From positions 704,001 to 768,000 of the forward strand of contig CBDBCZ010000014.1 in the NCBI GenBank assembly GCA_965203295.1: a stretch of DNA of 64,000 nucleotides, written 5' to 3'. The translations under genes were made by a program, and so were the position numbers. Of the stretch, positions 61,178 through 64,000 are shown piece by piece. How positions within the stretch are numbered: the stretch's first letter is position 1; every line of letters starts with the position of its first letter. Below the pieces are notes generated by a model. It had not been told where the DNA came from and did not search any database. It worked only from the letters and a program-made list of their open reading frames with translations. The DNA comes from Nitrospirales bacterium. GTDB lineage: Bacteria > Nitrospirota > Nitrospiria > Nitrospirales > UBA8639.

Positions 61178-62224
61178 CTTACATAAAATGGGAAAAAAAA
61201 GGTTATCTTGGGTGAAGCCCAGGACAACTATAACTTGTCTTTGGGTCTTGGCTGGGTTGTAGTCAGGTAAAGAATTGACATCAGAGAGTCGGTAGACTCT
61301 CTATGTGGGGATGGCACGGACACTTGTGTATGCAATATAAAATAAAAGTTTCCAAATCTCTCCAAAAAATTACTTTTAAGCTTTTATAGACACCTAACCT
61401 TCATTTTCGGGGGTTTCTGCAGCCAACAAGGCTCCCAAAGTCGCCAAAAAGCTTCGTTAAAGTAGAAAACTGGAAGGTAGCTGGAATACCAGTTTGTTTA
61501 TGTTCTAATTCTGGTTTCTCATTCTTCAACGAGGCTAGCTCAAAATTGGTTCAAGTGATGGCCGTGATTGTAGCATAAAAGATCTTCATTTTCGAGCGCG
61601 CAGGTCCACGATAACCACACCCAATAGTAGCTCCTGCATAACAGAATCTAAGTACAATCATGTGAGTCACTGGCTGAAATTACATTCCAAGTGAGTACTG
61701 ATAAGCCTGAATACACATTGTGTGTATGTTTGCTTGTATAAACATGTGCACTGTACAATGTATATACATGCAATCATGCACACAGTGTGTACATCCCATT
61801 AGTGCCCCACTTATTAATATAACATACAACACAGGCATACTATACACAGACATACAATAACTAGTGCGACACAGGTGCCATGTGGGGCGAGCGCAGCGAG
61901 TTGTACGCATTGCATAAAGTGAGTTCAGTGTTGATATTAATGATATTAATTTAATCAAATGATCATCAAGTAATTGTGATTCAAACCGAAAGTGATACAT
62001 GTACTATGGGTGTATCTTGAGGTTGGGATAGTGATTTCAACAATGGTTGGGAGTAGATCTCTCCTGGCTCTGTTTTCTTCTCTCTTGTTGGAAAGCCTTG
62101 CCTCCCATTGTTCAGGTGTTTCTGGAGCTTGTGCTCGCTCTCTCCTGGCTCTGTCCTGTTGCCTCCGCTAGCCTTGCCTCTCTCTCTTAAGCTGTTTCTC
62201 TCACTCTGGCTTCACGATCTCTCT

Positions 62225-62362
62225 CATTTCTTCTTCGACACTTTTCTTGTCTTCTCTCGCTATCGGCGCTATTTCTTCTTCGATGCTTTTCTTGTCTTCC
62301 CTCGCTATCGGCGCTATTTCTTCTTCAACGCTTTTCTTGTCTTCCCTCGCTATCAGCGCTAT
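62225..62362. repeat. Three-copy tandem repeat of about 45 bp
   Basis: tttcttcttc.ac.cttttcttgtcttc.ctcgctatc.gcgcta x3; reads as an Arg/Glu-rich peptide on the minus strand. Confidence 0.75.
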
Positions 62363-63110
62363 TCATATTGTCAACGGCTAATACAGAAACAACAAGAAAA
62401 CCTTTCCTCTTTACTGGACTATGTCTATCAACTCAGCTTCACTATAATTCTTCTCTTTCTTGCAAACCATTCGGTACACGTGAGTTTGGCAAGCAACGCG
62501 TGTGCGCGTAACGTCATCGCATTCCACCCCCCGGGGGCCCCCGGATGGACGTACGCTTGGTTCATGCATGGGTCCGTTCATCAACTGACTAACAGGGGGC
62601 TCGCTGCGCTCGCCCCAATGATACAATTTACTGGTTCAACTGGTACATGCATGTAGCTGTGACATATCAACAAATCGTGCAAAGAGGGTTGGCTGGTGCA
62701 AGTTGTCACTGGTTATGGGTATGACATCGATAATTGTATTGCAGCGCTACGGTTGCAATGACGTGAAAAAGATGTAGGGATGGGGCTGTGTATGTTGCGT
62801 TCATGCTATCCCTACCCTTGTTTTCTTGCTTTTTGGCACTCCATCCCTACATCTTTTGTTTGATTTTTTTTCATTTTCTTGTTGTTATTTGCCCTAGCAA
62901 CCAATTGATGAGATTACGTTCTATACTTGCGTGACAGCCTGGGGCAGGTGTACTGTGGAGTGGAATAGCCAGAAAAGTGAGTAAAAGACAGTCTCGTGGT
63001 TAGTACACCCATCGATTTTGATCCAGCATTCTCTTGTTTGTCCAGCTCTTAGCATGTAACAGTTACTGTAATCATGTGGCCGCTGACTTGTTTAGCTCTT
63101 ATACCATACT

Positions 63111-63843
63111 TAAGTGATTCTGACCAATCAGCTTACAGTATTCGAGGGCTATAACAGTTCATATATCCCGTGTGCATACGTGATGTAGGTACCCGGTTCC
63201 GTTCCATTCGTTCAAACGTCGAGAAAGCTACGGTAGGTTAGTAGTTGGGGAGTCTAGGCGGGTTTTTTTTATGCAGGCTATTCGAAAATCGATGCAGGAA
63301 AGCATGGTAAGCTACTGCTCTTTGTTTGTGGGTAGTTTTGTTGAATTTCCGTGTACCTGTGCATGGGGCCACACGGACAGCCTACTAAAATGGCGCTAGG
63401 TGCTGGCTAGACAGCTAGCTGCCGTAGCTACTAGCAATCCATTGTGCTTGCTACGTCTAGTTAGAGTGTTTTGCTACTTGTGACTAGTATTTTGCATTTT
63501 GAAGGCCTGCTGGCTTGCTGGTTTACCGTAATTTGTGCCAAACGGCGCCTTTTGCAAGCTTTTGCCGAGCTTGGTGCCAAACTGTAGTTTGTCCCACAGT
63601 TCTTATGCTTCTCACAAATCTTGCAACTCTTGTCAGAATGACTTTTGCATGGTATAAATTAGTTGTATCCCTGCCTAGCGGGATATAAGACCCGCTATAT
63701 CCCTTGGGAAAGGTCAGTGCTTTCGTGAAGCCTCGGAAGTGTCTCGGGCTGCGCCCTCGACACTTCCTCAGCTTCACTCAAGCACTGACCTTTCCCGCGG
63801 GATATAACGGGTCTTATATCCCGCGGGGCAGGGATATAACCTA
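63111..63843 (-). mobile_element. Non-autonomous long-hairpin element, relative of 20024-20730 (hairpin 63660-63843)
   Basis: Shares (reverse-complemented) agctttctc..cgtttgaacga.tggaacggaaccgggtacc, ctgattggt.agaat.actt and the central CGAGGGCG.AGCCCGAG motif. Confidence 0.65.
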
Positions 63844-64000
63844 TACATATAACACTAGCACATCACAGAACCTTTGAATTTGCTCATTCGTGTTGAGGTT
63901 TGTGTTTGTTTTTGCTTCTACGTATGCAGATTCATAACGAATTACCAAGCAAGGCTTATATGGAGGTTGTATTCAGATTAATTTCTGTGATTCCAGGATT

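Noticed and set aside
62108..62656. 182-aa hydrophobic ORF with repeats
   Set aside because: Antisense reading of a purine-rich tandem repeat; no domain recognised.

Overview
This is intron-rich animal DNA, probably a demosponge (inferred from the short introns, gene content and repeat types, not proven). No prokaryotic genes, CRISPR arrays, rRNA or tRNA genes were seen. The window is a mosaic of intron-containing but damaged host-gene copies: CDC50/TMEM30, CEP78 (one long copy and one partial duplicate), RNF213-like (two overlapping copies) and a Delta-type Notch ligand with an unusual tyrosine-repeat tail. These are interleaved with transposons. The transposons include an apparently intact 6.3-kb Ngaro-type tyrosine-recombinase retrotransposon with identical split direct repeats and a 4.6-kb Mutator-like element whose spliced gene fuses a DDE/SWIM transposase to an Ulp1-like protease and a PHD finger. 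There are also two decayed LINE copies, a Gypsy-like 5' remnant, several MITE/Helentron-type families including 36-bp palindromic micro-elements with 7-bp TSDs, and two satellite arrays. All family assignments come from motif recognition by eye; no database search was run.
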